Below, one piece after another: positions 60,701 through 64,000 of a DNA stretch of 64,000 bases. Origin of the DNA: Octopus sinensis (Eukaryota); NCBI RefSeq assembly GCF_006345805.1, contig NC_042997.1, forward strand, positions 42,160,001 to 42,224,000, given 5' to 3'. The notes below the pieces were generated by a model, which was not told the DNA's origin, made no database searches, and saw nothing but the letters and a program-made list of their open reading frames with translations. Both the position numbers and the translations under genes were made by a program. Position 1 is the stretch's first letter. The number at the start of each line of letters is the position of its first letter.

Positions 60701-61383
60701 ACTCATTTCAATATCAGTATAATATTGTTACTAACTATAAAATTTTTATTACACTATTGTGAGCGAACTACCAAGTATTATATGTAACCTTAAAAAAAGT
60801 GAAAATAATAAGTTCTTATATGTATGCGGTATTTTCCGGTACTTTTACGTACTACACTTACTTGATATCTCAAGAGAATGACAGAGTTCTATTTAAGGAT
60901 GATTAGATCTTTTTCCTTTGTGTCATACGATCCACACCCATGTCTGTCAAAACAACTTAGTAAATCATGAAATAAAATGCTTTGTTAATTCGTCATAACT
61001 ATTTGAGAGTGACGTGTCAAACGCACGAGCACTCACTCGCTCACTCACCCACTCACTCACTCACTCACTCACTCACACACAATAAAACTTCAAATACTCA
61101 TACGTACGTACACGTACTTCTGAAGTGTGTAATTTTAGTTTATTTGTGCTTATCATTTCCATTTCTTTTTATCAGAATTTGTGAACATGATGTTCCCTGT
61201 GACCAATCACCACATTTCTGATGATTAGTTATATCCTGGCCAACTTAATTGAACCATATCTTAGTTACAAAAATATGTTATAACTTATTTCTCTGTTTCT
61301 CCCTCTCTTCTCCCCCACATATACCTACATATACATATGCATGTGTGTGTATGGATGCATGGATATATATAGATGTATCTATG

Positions 61384-61433
<50 letters not shown>

Positions 61434-61466
61434 TGAGTGTGTGTGTATGTGTGTGTGTGCAGGTAT

Positions 61467-61508
<42 letters not shown>

Positions 61509-61514
61509 CACATA

Positions 61515-61705
61515 TTATAGGGAGAATTCACGAAAAAAAAATCAAAAGACGAAGACAGCTGGTGTAGAAAACAAACAGATGTTTTAGTATAACGCTCAAG
61601 AATTGCAAAAGTCTTTTATGTTTCGAGCCTACGCTCTTCCACAGAAAGGAACACAGAAAGAAACAAGGAGAGAAAAAATGTGTGTAGTGGCTACCGATCA
61701 ATCAT
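61515..61705 (-). mobile_element. Penelope-like terminal repeat
   Basis: Reverse-complement match to 47860-48025, including GGAAGAGCGTAGGCTCGAAAC. Confidence 0.68.
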
Positions 61706-61719
61706 ATGTATATATATTA

Positions 61720-61789
<70 letters not shown>

Positions 61790-61832
61790 AAAAAATGAAG
61801 TTTGAAGATGCTGCTATATTAGACAATTTTAA

Positions 61833-61877
61833 TTTAACATGTTTCGGTTGTTGAAATGACGAACCTTATCAAAAAAA
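61833..61877 (-). ncRNA. Candidate minimal hammerhead with U3-A8 core variant
   Basis: Minus: TTTTT-TTGATAA-GGTT..AACC-GAAAC-AT-GTT-AAAT; palindrome AACATGTT; stem I is weak and A-U only. Confidence 0.4.
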
Positions 61878-62004
61878 AATTTTTAATATAATAAAGAGAG
61901 TCCATGCTATATGTTTAAAGAGTATGACATAATAGTTCATAATTGTGACATATATTCAATAGAGTCAAATATAAAAAATTCATATATAATAAAGAGAGTA
62001 CGAT

Positions 62005-62209
62005 TTAAAAAAAAATTACCATCATTTTTTTCCATTTTATGCATTTTTTCCGCTATTATATAAGGGAAGTAACCTCTAAAAATGTCTACGATGAGTCAAC
62101 GATTTAAAAAATTTACCATCATTTTTTTGCTATTTTTGGCCTATAACTCTCTAAAAATGCTTATATAGTTATTCCCTTACAACCCGAGCAACGCCGGCGA
62201 TACTGCTAG
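62005..62209 (+). mobile_element. 3' part of non-autonomous Helitron
   Basis: Matches 12590-12705, ending CCCGAGCAACGCCGGCGATACTGCTAG|T. Confidence 0.82.
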
Positions 62210-62446
62210 TCATTTTATATATATATATATATTATATATATAATATATATATATATTATATAATATATATTATTAGATAACGAATTAAAAGATACAAACA
62301 TCATCATCGGCTGCATATACATAGCGTATGTGCTTTGTTTAGACGCTCATTTACTACGGGATAACGTCCGGGGAAAGCACGTTCATTGATGTCGACTATG
62401 TGTGTGTGAGTGTATGTGTGTGCGTGCGTGAGTATATACATATATG

Positions 62447-63792
62447 TAGCTGCTTAACTCAGCTCCTACAACACTATGACTGGGTGCTGAAACGACTGCT
62501 CAACCATTCAAATGTGGAAGTGATATATCTCGACTTTGCAAAGGCCTTTGATAAAGTCAATCATGGAACGATATGTCACAAACTCCGTGATCTTGGCATA
62601 GTTGGAAAATTGGGAGAATGGCTTCATGACTTTCTGAAGGATAGAAGTCAGGTGGTAGTAGCCAACTTCCATTAACACGCAAATAGTGAGCGGTGTTCCG
62701 CAAGGCACTGTTTCGGGACCACTACTGTTCATAATGGCCCTCTCAGACATGCCCTCAGCCACGCAGAGAGCCACGACCACAAGTTATGCAGATGATACAA
62801 AAGTGTCACAGGCTATACAGAACCCTGAAGACACTAAGCACCTGCAATGTGAGCTGGACAAAATATACAAGTGGGATGAAAAGAATAGCATGCAGTTCAA
62901 TGCTGAAAAGTTTCAAGCTTTATGCTATCAGCATGCAAAACTTAATGCAATACCCAATAAATACACTGGACCTGGAGGGATTGCAATCCCAGAGGCACAA
63001 TCAGTGCATGACCTGGGTATTTACATGAGTGATGATGCAACCTTTCATGTGCATGTTGCTAAATTGGCAATTAAATGTAGGCGGCTGACCGGATGGATTC
63101 TTAGAACCTTTAGAACAAGAGACCAGGAAACCATGATGGTCCTCTGGAGGACACTTGTCCTAAGCCACTTTGACTATTGCTCTCAGCTATGGTCACCATC
63201 CAGTGTCAAGTTGATCACAGAACTTGAGGCGATCCAACGAAGCTACACGAAGAAGATAGCCTCTGTGCAGCATATAAGCTACTGGGAAAGACTCAAGAGA
63301 TTAAGACTCTATTCCATAGAGCGTAGGCGAGATAGATATGCCATAATATACATCTAGAAGATCCTAGAAAGACTTGTCCCAAACTTTGGCATCGAGATAT
63401 ACACAAATGCTAGAACTGGGCGCCACTGCATGGTGCCAAGGACTCCAAATTTTCCATCAAGATGTAGGACAAGATACTGTGATAGCCTGGGCTTCCGAGG
63501 CCCACAACTCTTCAATAACCTCCCGAAGAACCTGAGAGACCTGCATGGGGTGGATGCAGATGTCTTTAAAATAAAACTGGATCTCTTCCTGTCAGGTGTC
63601 CCAGATGAACCAACTTCACGACAGGAGGTGCAGATGAGGGCAGCTGCATCGAACTCTCTCATGCACCAAATGGCAGTTGCTAAAAAGCATTCGTGAAGTA
63701 AAATCATGTAGCAACACCAAATGGCGGTGCCCCAGCATGGCCACAGCCCGTGAGCTGAAACTAGATAAAATAAAATAAATAAAATAAAAAAA
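62447..63792 (+). mobile_element. CR1-clade LINE, 5'-truncated within RT, with complete 3' end
   Basis: YLDFAKAFDKV, GVPQGTVSGPLLF, YADDTKV, HDLGI, SYWERLKRLRLYSIERRRDRY, VPDEP; one frameshift (~62670) and a stop (63357); (TAAAA)n tail. Confidence 0.92.
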
Positions 63793-63794
63793 TA

Positions 63795-64000
63795 TATTCT
63801 TTTATTCTTTTATTCCTTTATTCTTTTACTTGTTGCAGTCATTTGACTGCGGCCATGATGGAGCACCGCTTTTAGTCGAGCAAATCGACCCAGGACTTAT
63901 TCTTTGTAAGCCTAGCACTTATTCTATCGGTCTGTTTTGCCGAACCGCTAAGTTACGGGGTGGTAAACACACCAACATCGGTTGTCAAGCGATGTCAGGG
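63795..64000 (-). mobile_element. SINE family B 3' part (runs off the window)
   Basis: Matches the B consensus; tail-to-tail with the LINE. Confidence 0.85.

Overview
AT-rich, microsatellite-saturated eukaryotic DNA made almost entirely of nested transposable elements. I found no convincing host protein-coding exon, rRNA or CRISPR array. The repeat mix suggests a cephalopod, probably Octopus (inference, not searched). Contents: (1) Three recurrent tRNA-headed SINE types, informally A, B and C, plus chimeric relatives; many have readable target-site duplications (TSDs). (2) LINEs: two CR1-type, five Dong/R4-type embedded in (TAA)n, two RTE fragments and an L1/Tx1 3' end. (3) Penelope-like (PLE) RT/GIY-YIG remnants and termini. 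(4) A Ty3/gypsy remnant. (5) Mariner, maT, pogo and Tigger DNA transposons with MITEs, non-autonomous Helitrons and several large foldbacks. The most notable unannotated signals are: four canonical type I hammerhead ribozyme motifs plus one core variant in short islands beside (TA)n or (GT)n microsatellites, one inside a 592-nt partial-tandem retrozyme-like element (35247-36015); a head-to-tail array of ORF1-only (HAL1-like) Tx1 derivatives whose units restart at the same codon (11100-15720); a tRNA-less ~560-bp element inserted in (TAA)n; and a LINE/SINE 3'-tail partnership visible within the window. Coordinates were counted by hand. Those given with TSDs or motif strings are exact to a few bases; the others are approximate.
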